Assembly (NCBI RefSeq): GCF_004010195.1
Contig: NC_057720.1
Coordinates: forward strand, 32,474,378 to 32,538,377
Direction: 5' to 3'
Length of the DNA stretch: 64,000 bases
Origin: Chiloscyllium plagiosum
Lineage: Eukaryota
Positions 12,708 to 26,551 of the stretch are shown here, piece by piece. A model generated the notes under the pieces. That model saw only the letters and a program-made list of their open reading frames with translations, did not search any database and was not told the origin of the DNA. Positions within the stretch are counted from its first letter, which is position 1; every line of letters begins with the position of its first letter. A program made the position numbers and the translations under genes.

Positions 12708-14514
12708 TAACTGTACAAGTAAATTGTTAGTACACTGTTGATGACATTGCCATTTGAGGGATAGAGGGCAATAAAATAACTCCAGGCTAAAGTTTTGTGG
12801 AGACTGGTTAAGACAAACTAAATAAAAGCAAGTTCATAAGAATGAAACTGCATGTTGCAAAGACTGACCTTGATGGGCCAAAGACTTCTTTCTCCTCCAA
12901 TACTTCATTATAATCTTGAATCTGAAAATGGACACCACCTGAATATTGGAGACAGAAATCTGGATCGATTCCTAAAGTAAATTTTGACCTAACAATGCTA
13001 CGTGTAAACTCATAGTTGGGACGTTGGTTTTGCATCCACCCAATTAAATCCATCGCTGCACTTGGTCCCATCAATTTTCTAAAATACGAGTTAACTTAAA
13101 TGTTGCCCAAATTTCAACTGCATGTCTAGCATAATGCATTGTTTTAAAAATGGTTGTGAAAATATGCAGATGTGTGGTAGGAAGAGTCTTCAAAAAGTGG
13201 AACTGATGAATCAGCAAGTGGGGTTCAGGGATTGGGAAATGGACAATATTAAGAAATTTGCTTGACATTTATGAGATTATAAACCAGTCAAAATTACTAC
13301 TTCGTAATTCTGACATATTTCAATATCAATACAGATGAACTGTAACCATAGCAACTCCTTCATCATTATTGCCCTTAAACTTCTAGATTATTAGCTGAAG
13401 AAAAGCAAATTGCTGGCATTAATACAATTGATGCTCAAAAACACACCAATTGTAAAAACCTGTGAGAACACTGCTGAGCAGAACAGAAACATACAAATTT
13501 TCCCTTTAAAATGAAGTCTAATGCTGGTACAAACAGCATCACCTTCAATCAGTAATCAATAAGGGTTGATGATTACTCCGAACATTCTGCATTCCATGCT
13601 AGTTAAAAACTACAAACTACCAAACTCCACTCGTAACACTTTCTTTTAAATATTTAACTATACTGCACAGGTATATAAATAGAAAGCTACAGATGACTTA
13701 TTGCATGCCATGTTTATTCCATGAGCGAGGCTGACCTCCACAACTAAGTTATGACCCTGTCATTCATTACTCATGAAAATAAACACTGCATTTAACAGCT
13801 TCAATTATGGTATCCATTTTATATATCATTGTAGTAAATGAATAATGTAACATTAAGTAATGCAAAATTACTACTAAGTTGTGTGGAATTTCACTGAGGT
13901 TTTGAGTCCTTTGGTACAATCGTCACCATATTCAGACTAGGTAAGATAATTAGCCTACTGCTTGAATGCTTTGATAGTTTGATCAAAATTTCAGAATAAT
14001 TAGGTAGATTCCACATTATTCTCTCAGCTTCACAAATTTCTTTGAGAATGTTGTTCTTTTGCTATAGAATCTTACATGTTTCTTAAAGCTCTGTTTTGTT
14101 TTTCCTTCGGCTGAAAGTTAATACTTAGCTGAACATGCTGTACATCTCTATGATTCTATGACTCTCTGTGTACCTCAAAACTTAATTATGTTCATACTGG
14201 TAAATCTGGTAACATGATTCATCTAAGTTTGACTGGAATGCGCAAAAGTGAGTTGTCATGTGCAACTGTGTCTGCTTTAACTGTGCCAGAGTTGTTTAGC
14301 ACTGATTTTGTCAATATAGTTAAACTATTTAGGCGTCAAAAATGAAAAGAAAATAGTATGGGGCAAAAGTGCATCATCCAGTCTGGTTTAGGGGCACAGA
14401 ATTTGACAATAAACAAATGAACCAAAGTCAGTAAAAATCATCACTGCATCAATGAATTACAGAATAAAACCATATATTAATATAAATTAGAAAATGAACT
14501 ATATAACTAAATAA

Positions 14515-16787
14515 GGGGGCAGCGACTATAATTCTACTAGATTTAAAATAGTGATGGAAAAGGATAGACCAGATCTAAAAGTTGAAGTTCTAAATTGGGG
14601 AAAGGCCAATTTTGACAGTATTAGGCAAGAACTTTCAAAAGCTGATTGGGGGCAGATGTTCGCAGGTAAAGGGATGGATGGAAAATGGGAAGCCTTCAGA
14701 AATGAGATAATGAAAATCCAGAGAAAGTATATTCCTGTTAGAGTGAAAGGGAAGGCTTGTAGGTATAGGGAATGCTGGATGACTAAAGAAATTGAGGGTT
14801 TGGTTAGGAAAAAGAAGGAAGTATATGTCAGGTATAGGCAGGATAGATCGAGTGAATCCTTAGAAGAGTATAAAGGCAGTTGGAGTATACTTAAGAGGGA
14901 AATCAGGAGGGCAAAAAAGGGACATGAGATAGCTCTGGCAAGTAGCATTAAGGAGAATCCAAAGGGTTTTTACAAATACATTAAGTCAAAAGGGTAACTA
15001 GCGAGAGAATAGGGCACGTCAAAGAGCAGCAAGGCAGCCTTTGTGTGGAGCCACAGAAAATGGAGGAGATACTCAAGGAGTATTTTGCATCATTATTTAC
15101 TGTGGAAAAGGACATGGAAGATATAGAACGTAGGGAAATAGATCGTGACATCTTGAAAAATGTCCATATTACAGAGGAGGAAGTGCTGGATGTCTTGAAA
15201 CGCATAAAGGTGGATAAATCCCCAGGACCTGATCAGGTGTACCCTAGAACTCTGTGGGAAGCTAGAGAAGTGATTGCTGGGCCTCTTACTGAGATATTTG
15301 TATCATCGATAGTCATAGGTGAGGTACTGGAAGACTGGAGGTCGGCTAACGTGGTGCCACTGTTTAAGAAAGGTGCTAAGGACAAGCAGGGAACTATAGA
15401 CCAGTGAGCCTGATGTCAGTGGTGGGCAAGTTGTTGGAGGGAATCCTGAGGGACAGAATGTACATGTATTTGGAAAGGCAAGGACTGATTAGGGATAGTC
15501 AACATGGCTTTGTGCGTGGGAAATCATGTCTCACAAACTTGATTGAGTTTTTTGAAGAAGGAGCAAAGAGGATTGATGAGGGCAGAGCAGTTGGTGTGAT
15601 CTATATGGACTTCAGTAAGGCATTCAACAAGGTTCCCCATGGGAAACTGGTTAGCATGGTTTCATCTCACGGAATACAGGGAGATCTATCCATTTGGATA
15701 TAGAACTGGCTCAAAGGTAGAAGACAGAGCGTGGTGGTGGAGGGTTGTTTTTCAGACTGGAGGCTTGTGACCATTGGAGTGCCACAAGAATCGGTGCTGG
15801 GTCCATTACATTTCGTCATTTATATAAATGATTTCAATGCAAGCATAAGAGGTACAGTTAGTAAGTTTGCAGATGACACCAAAATTGCAGGTGTAGTGGA
15901 CAGCAAAGAAGGTTACCTCATATTATAACAGGATCTTGATCAGATGGGCCAATGGGGTGAGAAGTGGGAGATGAAGTTTAATTCAGATAAATGCGAGGGA
16001 AAGCATTTTGGGAAAGCAAATCTTAGCAGGACTTATACACTTAATGGTAAGATCCTAGGGAGTGTTGCTGAACAAAGAGACCTTGGTGTGCAGGTTCATA
16101 GCTCCTTGAAAGTGGAGTTGCAGGTAGATAGGATAGTGAAGAAGGTGTTTGGTATGCTTTCCTTTAGTGGTCAGAGTATTGAGTACAGGAGTTGGGAGGT
16201 CATGTTGCTGCTGTACAGGACATTGGTTAGACCGCTGTTGCAATATTGCATGCAATTCTGGTCTCCTCCCTATCGGAAAGATGTTGTGAAATTTGAAAGG
16301 GTTCAGAAAAGATTTACAAGGATGTTGCCAGGGTTGGAGGATTTGAGTTATCGAGAGAGGCTGAACAGGCTGGGGCTGTTTTCCCTGGAGCGTCGGAGGT
16401 TGAGTGGTGACCTTGTAGAGGTTTACAAAATTATAAGGGGCATGGATAGGGTAAATAGGCAAAATCTTTTTCCTGGGGTGGGGGGTTCCAGAACTAGAGG
16501 GCATAGGTTTAGGGTGAGAGGGGAAAGATATAAAAGAGACCTAAGGGGCAACTTTTTCATGCCGAGGGTGGTACGTGTATGGAATGAGCTGCCAGAGGAA
16601 GTGGTGGACGATGGTACAATTGCAACATTTAAGAGGCATTTGGATGGAATATCAATAGGATGGGTTTGGAGAGATATTTGCCGGGTGCTGGCACGTGGGA
16701 CTAGATTGGGTTGGGATATCTGATCGGCATGGATAAGTTGGACCGAAGGGCCTGTTTCTGTGCTGTACATCTTTATGACTCTATAAT
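14515..16787 (+). mobile_element. CR1 LINE, 5'-truncated and disrupted ORF2 (endonuclease end, linker, RT, 3' UTR)
   Basis: Fragmented ORFs with KSPGPD, QHGF, YMDFSKAF, GVPQ-SVLGP, KFADDTK and LFSLERRRL motifs. Ends in a (t)atgactct-type tail. Confidence 0.97.
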
Positions 16788-18714
16788 GGGATTTAATACT
16801 ACATATATGAAGTATTTAGATGATCATTTGACTCACCGTAGTGTAAAGACTATGAACCAAGTACCGGGAAATGAAATGAAAATAGATCAGTGCTTAACAA
16901 CCAGGAAGGACACAATCCGCCATTTCCATGATATAATACTCTATGATTATAATGTGTGGTAAGGTGAAGTGATAGAAAGGGTAAGAGAGGAAGATGCGAA
17001 TTTTGAAGCCAATTCAAAGAAAAGTTATCTCATCCTCGCTATTTTACATGTGTTTCAGTGCAGAATAACTTTAAAACATTTCCTGACACAGAATGAACTT
17101 TGAATGTTTCCAATTCCATTCCGCTGCTACTCAAAGTAGGTTCTGCAGACCTCCAATGGTCACAGATCTGCTAGAATCCGCATTGCAACATCCATCACAG
17201 CTTTATTGCTGGTTAGAAAGAAGCTTGCCTTAGAAGTTTGAAATACACACATTCTCAAACACATGTGTAAATCAGACAGAAGTAAAAGTCCAGTTTTACA
17301 ACCATAGAGTAAACTGGAGTAGGAGAACGTATTATAGCTGCAGCAGGAATGAGCAGACTTTGTGCATCAGGGGCACTGCAGGATAACGGGCTTTCCTGGT
17401 ACATCCACTGTATAAATAAAGCATGTTTCAGGGACTGCTCTGACTGCAACTAATCTAAACAACAACGAGTGGAAGAAACGATCTATTTATGCCAGAATCC
17501 ATCTGGTGCTGCAACGCTCAGTTTAGATTCACTGGAATGTGTCAGGTTTGAAAAAGGTTTACACATTCTGAGTATGCCAGAACATACCCTTGTTAACCAT
17601 TTCATTACTGGCCATTTTTACGTCAGACTAAAAGCAGGACCTTGGACATAAATTAAAATGACTGAAGAACTGTGCCTGCGAATTTTAAAAGCTTTACTAT
17701 AATGGGAAGTTAGGTACTTCATTCAAAGAAAGGAGGAAAAGTTGTAGGAAAAACAGTCAACTCCACTAGCCTAGACCACTCTGCGTGCTTTCTATTTGCT
17801 CATTCAAAAACAGCATGAGTGGAGAAATGGGAACAAATTTCCAGCCATTTTATTAATTGGTTTGAGAACATTTAAAGAAAGAAAATAAGTTTTCAACAGA
17901 AATCCCATTGTATTTCTGAATTACTTGAGGTGCAAACATAGACATTAAAGCCAATTTGAAGTATTGTTGTGTCAGTGATACATTTTTACCTGTAGATACT
18001 TGTATGCATGTGTTAAGTTGATATGCTTGTTTTGTTTCTTTTTTGTAAGATGTTTTGCTTGACCTACACCCATTCACCAATGAACTTCATTCACCAATGA
18101 ACCAGACTATGGGATAGATTTTAAGTTAGCTGCTTCAAGGAGTCCAAAGATATGGTTTTAAATTCCTTTCACTATATCAGAATAATGACCATTAAAGATG
18201 TATTTCTGCAATTACATAATGGTAACAAGATATTCATAGCATTTTCCCATAAACACAGATGCCAAACAAATTTAAAGTAAACAGCCTCACAGGACGCTTT
18301 TAATTCAGAGGAATGCTGGATGCAATGAACAATTCAAATCCTTTTAAATGATCTATGAAATGAGTATACCATCCAAGGACAATGACATCAGTGATCCATG
18401 AGATCAGACCATGTGGCAGCAGATCATACTGTAATGTCATTTCTCTGCAACTTCCAGAAACAGATAAGGCACTGACCATTTCTGATGTGTACTGTGACCA
18501 GCAAAACAGAATCAATAATTCATCCACAAGAAGCTTGAAAGTAGTTGAAAATATTTTGAGTTTTTTTTAAAGTGGGAGGAAACCAAGATAGAAAACTTGT
18601 AAGAGACGAACAAGATAAAGTCCTGTTATAACCCACATAAAACTTCCAGTTCACGGATATGACTTTAATGATCTTTCGAATAGCTGTTCTGAAAATAATG
18701 TAAGTTTTTGGGGT

Positions 18715-19290
18715 CACAAAAGAACCAGGAGCAGGAGTCGGCCAACTGTTCCCTTGAGCCTGCTCTGCCATTCAATAAGATCATGGCTGATCTTTATGTG
18801 CACTCGGCTCGACTTATCCACCCTCTCACCATAACCTTGAATTCCTTTACTGTTCAAAATCTAACTATCTTTGCTTGAAAAACATTCAACAAGTTAGCCT
18901 CAACTGCTTCACTGGGCATTGAATTCCACAGATTCACAACCCTTTGGGTGAAGAAGTTTCTCCTCAATCCTATATCTGCTCCCCCTTACTTTGAAGCTTT
19001 TCCCCCCAGTTCTAGTTTCACCTTCCAGTGGAAACAACCTCCCTGCTTTTATCTTGTCTATTCCCTTCATAATTTTGTGTGTTTCTATAAACTCACCCCT
19101 CAATCTTCTGAATTCCAATGAGTGTAATCCCAGTCTACTCATTCTCTCCTCATAAGCCAACCCCTCAACTTGAGAATCAACCCAGTGAATCTCCTCTGAA
19201 CCCCTTCCAGTGCCAGTATTCCTCAAGTAAGGAAACCAAAACTGTACACAGCACTCCAAGTGCAGCCTCACCAGCACCCTACACAGTAGC
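18715..19290 (-). mobile_element. CR1 LINE 3' fragment
   Basis: ORF 18909-19295 contains LVRLHLECCVQFW and LGLHSLEFRRLRG, followed by a CR1-type 3' UTR. Confidence 0.9.
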
Positions 19291-19459
19291 CACAAATCAC
19301 TGTTGAGCTCATGGTGCAGTTAAGAACATATATCATGGACTAAATGCAGGTAAATGGGATTAATAAAGTTTGGTGTTTGTTAGGTTGGTATTGACATGGT
19401 GGGCCAAAGGGCCTGTATATTGTATGTCTCTATATTCTATTTTGCTGAATACGCAGGAA

Positions 19460-19830
19460 CAATGGTAATGTGGCAATGTCACTTGATCGGTAATCCAAAT
19501 GCAAATGCCCTGGGAATGCAGGTTTAAATCCCACCACAGCAGCTCAGGAAATTTAAATTCAATCAATCAACAAAACAGAGCTTGTCTTAGTAATAATGAT
19601 CATGACCACTATATTGTTGTCACTACTCATCTAGTTCATTAATGTTCTTTAGAGAAGAAACATTTACATCCTTACTTAGTCTGGCCTTTGTGTGACTCAG
19701 GTCTATAGCAATGTGATTGAGTCTTGACTGCTGTCTGAAATACCCTCACAAGCCTGTTCAAGGGCAAGTAGAGATCTGAACAAATGCTGGCTTTGCCACA
19801 TCCCATGAAAGAATGAAGGGAAAAAAAGGC
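19460..19830 (+). mobile_element. SINE-like repeat with B-box-like head and LINE-derived tail
   Basis: ggtttaaatcccacc (B-box-like) near the 5' end. The tail aaatgctggctttgcc...catcccatgaaagaat is shared with the repeats at about 8450 (-) and 36700 (+). Confidence 0.6.
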
Positions 19831-20224
19831 AGTGCACTGCCAAAACCCTTAATTTGAAAATTGATGTTTAATGTGGCACATCTGTAGCATAGTTTTATGC
19901 ACAAGAAGTAATTTAAACTTAGAGAGGTATTGTGGTGCAAAAAGAGGCCATTCGGCCCCTTGTGTCCGCAGCAGCATCTAAATGAGCATTATGCATTTTG
20001 TGTCACTCTCCTGCATTTTCCCATCCTCTTGCACATCATTTCGTTTGAAATAATCATCCAGTGTCCTCTGGATTGCTTCAATTGAACCTGCCTCCACCAC
20101 TAACGGTGACTGAAATATTAAATAATTAATACTGAAGTTAATTCTGCATGATAAACAGTGATCCTTTTGTGTGGTTGTTTTCACATTATGGATGTGGTGT
20201 GTCAAGCAATAGATCACTGTTGAG

Positions 20225-22572
20225 TTTAAATGATGGCTTCAAACCCCACACCAAGAACTTGAGCAGATATCCTAGGCTAACAATTCAATGCAGTACTGTA
20301 TTTCAGATGAAATATTGAGTTGAAGATCTTTTTGACCACTTAGATTGAAGTAAAAGTTCAGATGGCACTTTTTGAAGATGACAATGAGTGTTCTTTCACT
20401 GTCTTGATGATATTTAATCTTCAATCGATACCACTAGAACAGGTTATTTGATTACAATGGATAGAATCTTATAGGATCATGGGTTATGTTGAGATTTGAG
20501 GCAGAATGGATCAAGAGGTCCAGATTTCAATGTTAGGAGCATCTCACTGCATTCTCCATGGATTTTCTGAGTGATAAGTTAATTGCCCATTGACAATTTG
20601 CCAATTAAGGGGGACTGTAGCTTGATAAACACTAGCAACTTGCCTGATTGATATTTATCTTCCTATCTTACCAATGTTCAGTTCGTTGCTCAGCACTAAA
20701 CAGCATCTAAGGTCATGATCCCAGACACACAAGCCCCACGCACAGCCCTCTCATCCATGGACATTAGCATTTGACATTTACCAACCTTTCACAAGCATCA
20801 AGGCCCCTCTCCAACCCACTCGCAGGCCACTTAGGAAGCACAGACTTGCATTGCAGGGTGCACCTGTAACTGGCATTGAAAGGCTGCTGCCAGGATACTT
20901 TGTACAGACTGGGCCAGTGTACAGACTGGGCCAGGCTGCAGCTTAGGGCTGCTCACTTGCTCTCTCAATGCACGCTGGCTTAGCATCTACCTGTATGCTC
21001 ACAGAATCTTGTCTTGCCATGCTGTGCCAGACTGGGTAAAGGGCATAGGAGAAAGTGAGGACTACAGATGCTGGAGATCAGAGTCGAGATTGCATTGCTG
21101 GAAAAGCACAGCAGGTCAGGCAGCATCCAAAGAGCAGGAGAATCAACGTTTCAAGCATAAGCCCTTCATCATGTAAAGGGCATGGAAGAAGGTGATCAGG
21201 CCATAAAACTATTGATTCTAATATTGAGTCTTGAAGGGTATAGGGTTCCCAAGCAGAAAATGAGGTGCTGTTCTTCCAGCTTTAGTGGAGCACTACAGCA
21301 AGCCTGAGACAGAGAGGTTGGCCAGAGAACAGGGTGGTATGTTGAAATGCCAGGCAACTGGAAGCTCAGGGTCATTTTTGTGGATAGAACCGAAGTACTT
21401 TGCAAGTGGTCATCCAGTATACAGCTTATCTTCCCAGTGTAGAGGAGACCACACTGTGAGCAGCCCTGTTGTCAGTCAGCTGGCACAACACTCTCACCAG
21501 GTTGGCGCACATGCTGAGGCTGAAATTGAATGGGTGGCACTATTGGTCCTTCCTGATGAAGGGCTTTTGTCAGAAACATAGATTTTTCTGCTCCTCAAAA
21601 GCTGCCTGACCTGCTGTGCTTTTCCAGTCATCGGTCATGATGCCAGCGTTTCACTTGCATTGTGGGGCAAACTGAAACTTGTTTTGGTTTTGTTTGTGTT
21701 CACTTTTTCTGGCTGTACATAAAAGCTCATCTTTTGAATTATCTGATACTTGCTTGTATGTAATGTTCCCTTACTCTATAATGACAAGATGCCAGGTCTA
21801 CCCTGGGCATTGGGGATAGAGTAGCATGACTTAGAGAGGGTGTTAAGATGGAATGTAGAATCATACAATGCAGAAGAAGTCCTTCAGTATATCAAGTCTG
21901 GACCACCAAAACTACACTAAATCTACACTAGTCCCACTTTCCAGTACTTGGCCCATTGCCTTGAATGTTATGACAAATATAGACAGGTCAATTACATGGC
22001 TTGGTAGTTAATCAGCAACCAAGGCAAGGGAATGGTGTTATATCCATGAGTGGGTGTCAGCCATGATATGTGCCATGAGCAGCATGGATTTATGGTTGAT
22101 ATTCTATTATGTTGTAGGTAAAGAGCAGATTGCCAATACGTGTCTTGGTGCACAGCAACCTTCTGAAGATGGCACAGGTGGAAGGGATACTGGTCTTTTG
22201 ATTGCTATCCAGTGAGTGGTGAGCTGATTTGCGAATGGCACACAGTAATTTGAGGACAGAATCGGACATGTGGGACACTTACGGGGTATGATAGTTCATT
22301 GATGAGATGTTTTTAGAAAGATATGGTGAGAAGTCCCACTGGGTGCTGCAGCAAGAACTCCTCTGAAAAACTTGATTCAACTTGCATTGAGCCAAAAACA
22401 CAAAAGATTCAGCCTGTTGCTGTTTTCTGAAGTCTTTCTCCTCAAATTGGCTGCCTCATTTTCCATATTACAGTATGTACTGCATGTCAAGATGCACTTA
22501 ACTGGCTGTAATTGCTTTGGAACAACTCTGAGATCATGAAATTGTTGTATAATTGCTAGTTCTATCTTTCTT
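20225..22572 (+). mobile_element. Deu-type (SacSINE1/AmnSINE-like) SINE split by a ~1.9-kb insertion
   Basis: The 5' part (20225-20455) has a Deu-like core (tttcagatgaaatattga...gtaaaagttcagatggcactttttgaaga). The 3' part (22395-22572) has the matching tail (caaattggctgcc...ctggctgtaattgctttgg...tgctagttctatctttcttt). Family assignment is from memory of the consensus. Confidence 0.65.
21048..21628 (-). mobile_element. Penelope-like element remnant flanked by inverted terminal repeats
   Basis: Minus ORF 21196-21405 has KLEEQHLIFCLGTLYPSRLNI, resembling the C-terminal part of the PLE GIY-YIG endonuclease. 21097-21172 and 21552-21627 are inverted copies of each other. Confidence 0.75.
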
Positions 22573-23450
22573 TGGCAATGCATTTTCATCTCTGCACCTT
22601 TGGTTAGACAACATAGGGAAATATCATTGATTTTTTGCCTCCAGTATAATGTAAATCATATTTTAGTAATTTGGCATCCAAATATAAATATCTGGAAGTT
22701 TATTAAAATGACTTACAATGTCTAAATAATTCATCAGGGTCAAAATGCTTCATATTTGTCACCAAGCTTTATCCATGTTACACACGATCTGTCTATGAAA
22801 TATAAAGGGGATTTATGAGGGGCCACTGCAATGGGAGAGAAGCTGGAGAATCTTATTGTGGAGATTGGAGTTAGCTTAGAATGCAGAGGGAGTTATAATA
22901 GTGAAGGAGGCAATTCAACATATGATTCAACAAATGGCCATCAAACTTCCTTTTGAAAGGAGAGACAATGGAGCATGATAAGGAAGGGACTAATGTGGGT
23001 AGGGGTCATCAACAATCAGCAGCACACTGGCAATGATGGAGAAATTATTAGTTCAGGCATAGAAAGGTAGCAGGAATTGTGTTGCATGTAGAAACGAGAG
23101 AAGCTTAGATTGCTCTAGATAGATCAGAGAATATTAAGAGGAGATTAGATAACATTGTTCAAAACTTTGAACACTTTTACACAGTGAATAAGAATGAGTC
23201 ATTTCCATTCTGCCAAGAGACAAGAAGATATTACAAATTTTAAGCTATTTTCTTAAAAATGAACACAATGGATGTTAAAAAGGCTGCATAACATTATGTG
23301 ATTTTCAAGTAGTCCTGAAATTCAAGCAGTCGCATAATTAATTCTGGATGATCATTGCTGCTTGTGAAATTCACACATCCCTTTGGTAAGGATGGACCTT
23401 TTACCAGTTATGACTTTCAAAGATCTGTTGCCTCACCTTTCTGCTTCATT

Positions 23451-23920
23451 ATGGAAACAGACCCTTCAGTCCAACTTATCCATGCCGACCAGATATCCCA
23501 ACCTAATCTAGTCCCACATGCCAGCACCTGGCCCATATTCCTCCAAACACTTCCTATTCATATACCAATCCAGATAACTTTTAAATGTTGCAATTGTAAC
23601 AGCCTCCATCACATCCTCTGGCAGCTCACTCCACATACGTACCATCCTCTGCACGAAAAAGTTGCCCCTTCGGTCTCTTTTACATCTTTCCCCTCTCACC
23701 CTAAACCTACGCCCTCTAGTTCTGGACTCCCCCTCCCCAGGGAAAAGACTTTGTCAATTTATCCTATCCATGCCACTCATGATTTTATAAACATCTATAA
23801 GGTCACCTCTCAGCCTCTGACGCTCCAGGGAAAACAGCCCCAGCCTATTCAACCTCTTCCTATAGTTCAAATCCTCCAATCCTGGCAACATGCTTGTAAA
23901 TCTTTTCTGAACCCTTTCAC
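23451..23920 (-). mobile_element. CR1 LINE 3' fragment abutting a second copy
   Basis: Reverse complement of the 16290-16760 segment (RGNFFVQR-VR-W-ELP). Confidence 0.92.
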
Positions 23921-23925
23921 GTTAC

Positions 23926-25517
23926 ATACAGTCACAGAGATGTACAGCACGGAAACTGACCCTTCGGTCCAACCCATCCATGCCGACCAGATATCCCAAT
24001 TTAGTCCTCCCTGCCAGCACCCGGCCCATATCCCTCCAAACCCTTCCTATTCATATACTTATCCAAGTGCATTTTAAATATTGCGATTGTACTAGCCTCC
24101 ACCATTTCCTCTGGCAGCTCATTCCACACACACACACCACACTCTGTATGAAAACATTGCCCCTGGGTCTCTTTTACATCTTTCCACTCTCACCCTAAAC
24201 TATGCCCTCTAGTTCTGGACTACCCCACCCCGGGGAAAAGACCTTGTCTATTTATCTTTTCCATGCCCTTCATGATTTTATAAACCTCTATAAGGTCACC
24301 CCTCAGCCTCCAAAGTTACAGGAAAAACAGCCCCAGCCTTATCAACCGCTCCCTATAGCTCAAATCCTCCAACTCTTGCAACATCTTTGTAAATTTTTTC
24401 TGAACCATTTTAAGTTTTACAACATCTTTCTGATAGGAAGGAGACCAGAATTGCATGCAATATTCCAAAAGTGGCCTAACCAACACCCTGTACAGCTGCA
24501 ACATGACCTACCAACTCTTATACTCAATACTCTGACCAATAAAGGAAAGTATTACAAATGCCTTCTTCATTATCATATCTACCTGTGACTCCACTTTCAA
24601 GGAGCTATGAACCTGCACTCCAAGGTCTCTTTGTTCAGCAATACTCCCTAGCACTTTACCATTAAGTGTTTAAGTCCTGCTAAGATTTGCTTTCCCAAAA
24701 TGCAACACCTTGCATTTATCTGAATTAAACTCCATCGACTATTTCTCAGCCCATTGGCCCATCTGATCAAGATCCTGTTGTACTCTGAGATAACCTTCTT
24801 CGCTGTCCACTACACCTCCAATTTTGGTGTCATAAACTTACTAACGATACCTTCTATGTTCACATCCAAATATTTTATATAAATGACATAAAGTAGTGGA
24901 CCCAGCACCAATTCTTGTGGCACACCATTGGTCACAGGCCTCCAGTCTGAAAAACAACCCTCCACCACTACCTTCTGTCTTCTACCTTTGAGCCAGTTCT
25001 GTGTCTAAATGGTTAGTTCTCCCTGTATTCCATGAGATCTAACCTTGCTAACCAGCCTCCCATGGGGAACCTTGTCGAACACCTTACTGAAGTCCATATA
25101 AATCGCGTCTACTGCTCTGCCCGCATTATTCCTCTTTGCTCCTTCTTCAAAAAACTCAGTCAAGTTTATGAGACATGATTTCCCACACACAAAGCCATGT
25201 TGACTATCCCTCATCAGGCCTTGCCTTTCCAAATACATATACATCCTCTCCCTCAGGACTCCCTCCAACAACGTGCCCACCAGTGACGTCAGGCTCACTG
25301 GTCTATAGTTCCTGGCTTGTCTTTACCACCTTTCTTAAATAGTGTTATCACGTTAGCCAACCTCCAGTCTTCTGGCACCTCACCTGTGACTATCGATGAC
25401 ACAAATATCTCAGCAAGGGGCCCAGCAATCACTTCCCTAGCTTCCCACAGAGTTCTCGGCTACACCTGATCAGGTCCTGGGGATTTATCCACCTTTATGC
25501 AATTCAAGACATCCAGC
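23926..25517 (-). mobile_element. CR1 LINE, 5'-truncated RT region and 3' UTR
   Basis: ORFs 25005-25298 (QHGF, YMDFSKVFDKVPH) and 24316-24504. Same subfamily as the 14.5-kb copy. Confidence 0.95.
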
Positions 25518-26297
25518 TGTTTCTTTTTCCCCTGTATATGTTTGTCTGTCTTCCTTGCGTGTGTAAGGAAGAATTTACAAAGGGTTTACAGCTTTGATTT
25601 GTGGAGTTTATTTAATTTAATATAATCTGGTCACCTGTAGCTAGAATTTAATGACCTGTAATAAGCAGTGATTGGTGTTAAACACAGGACCCTGGTTCGT
25701 GCTTTCAACCAAGCTGGATGTGAATATAGGGTAGTTCGGGGACTTTGCAAGTTTTTTTTTAATTTAAATATTGTGACAACTTCAAGAATGGTAGGGCTTT
25801 ATTATCGTTGGATATATTAGTATATCTCTTGGGATGTTTGCATATTTCTGAAAGTTGACCACGTGATTGATCATGAGAAAGAAAACTGTCAAGTGCAGGA
25901 CTACTAGGAAACTAGCAAATGGAATTCCAACCAGAGAAATGTGAGGTAATGCATTGGCAAGGGGATTCATAGTAAATGGTAGGATGCTGAGAAGTAACAA
26001 GTTTAAATAATCAGTAGAACAATTAAATGGGAGTTAAAGAATATTTTTCACTCAGAAAGTGTGGTGGGACTTGGAACTCATTGGCTGAAAGGTAGCAGAA
26101 ACAGAAGTTCTCTGTATTAACTTGAGTTTTCATTATAGGATTTGGGACCAAGAGATAGAAGGCGGGATCTAATGATCAGTTCATTTTCTGCCAGTATGGA
26201 CATAATGAGTCAAATAACCTCCTCTACGGCAAAAATCTTTCCGTCTTTCTAACAGCTGTCAGATACGAAAGTGATCTATTTTGGAAATTGGTAAGGT

Positions 26298-26551
26298 TCC
26301 TTACAGTGTGGAAACAGGCCCTTTGGCCCAACCAGTCCACACCGACCTCCGAAGAGTAACCCACCCAGACCCATTTTCCCTCTGACTAATGCACCAGTTT
26401 AGGATGGCCAATTCACCTGGCCTGCACATCTTTGGACTGGGGGGAGGAAACCCACGCACATGCGGGGAGAATGTGCAAACTCTACACAGTCACCCGAGGC
26501 TGGAATCGATCCAGGTGCTGTGAGGCAGCAGTGCTAACCACTGAGCCGCCC
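26298..26551 (-). mobile_element. HE1-like V-SINE
   Basis: Reverse complement of the head (gcagcagtgctaaccactgagcc), V-domain and tail. Confidence 0.9.

Noticed and set aside
18071..18102. 15-bp unit repeated twice (cattcaccaatgaac)
   Set aside because: A simple slippage duplication with only two units. Nothing array- or CRISPR-like.
23355..24588. 240-aa and 128-aa + strand ORFs
   Set aside because: They are antisense frames of CR1 3' ends. Similar peptides recur opposite every CR1 copy.
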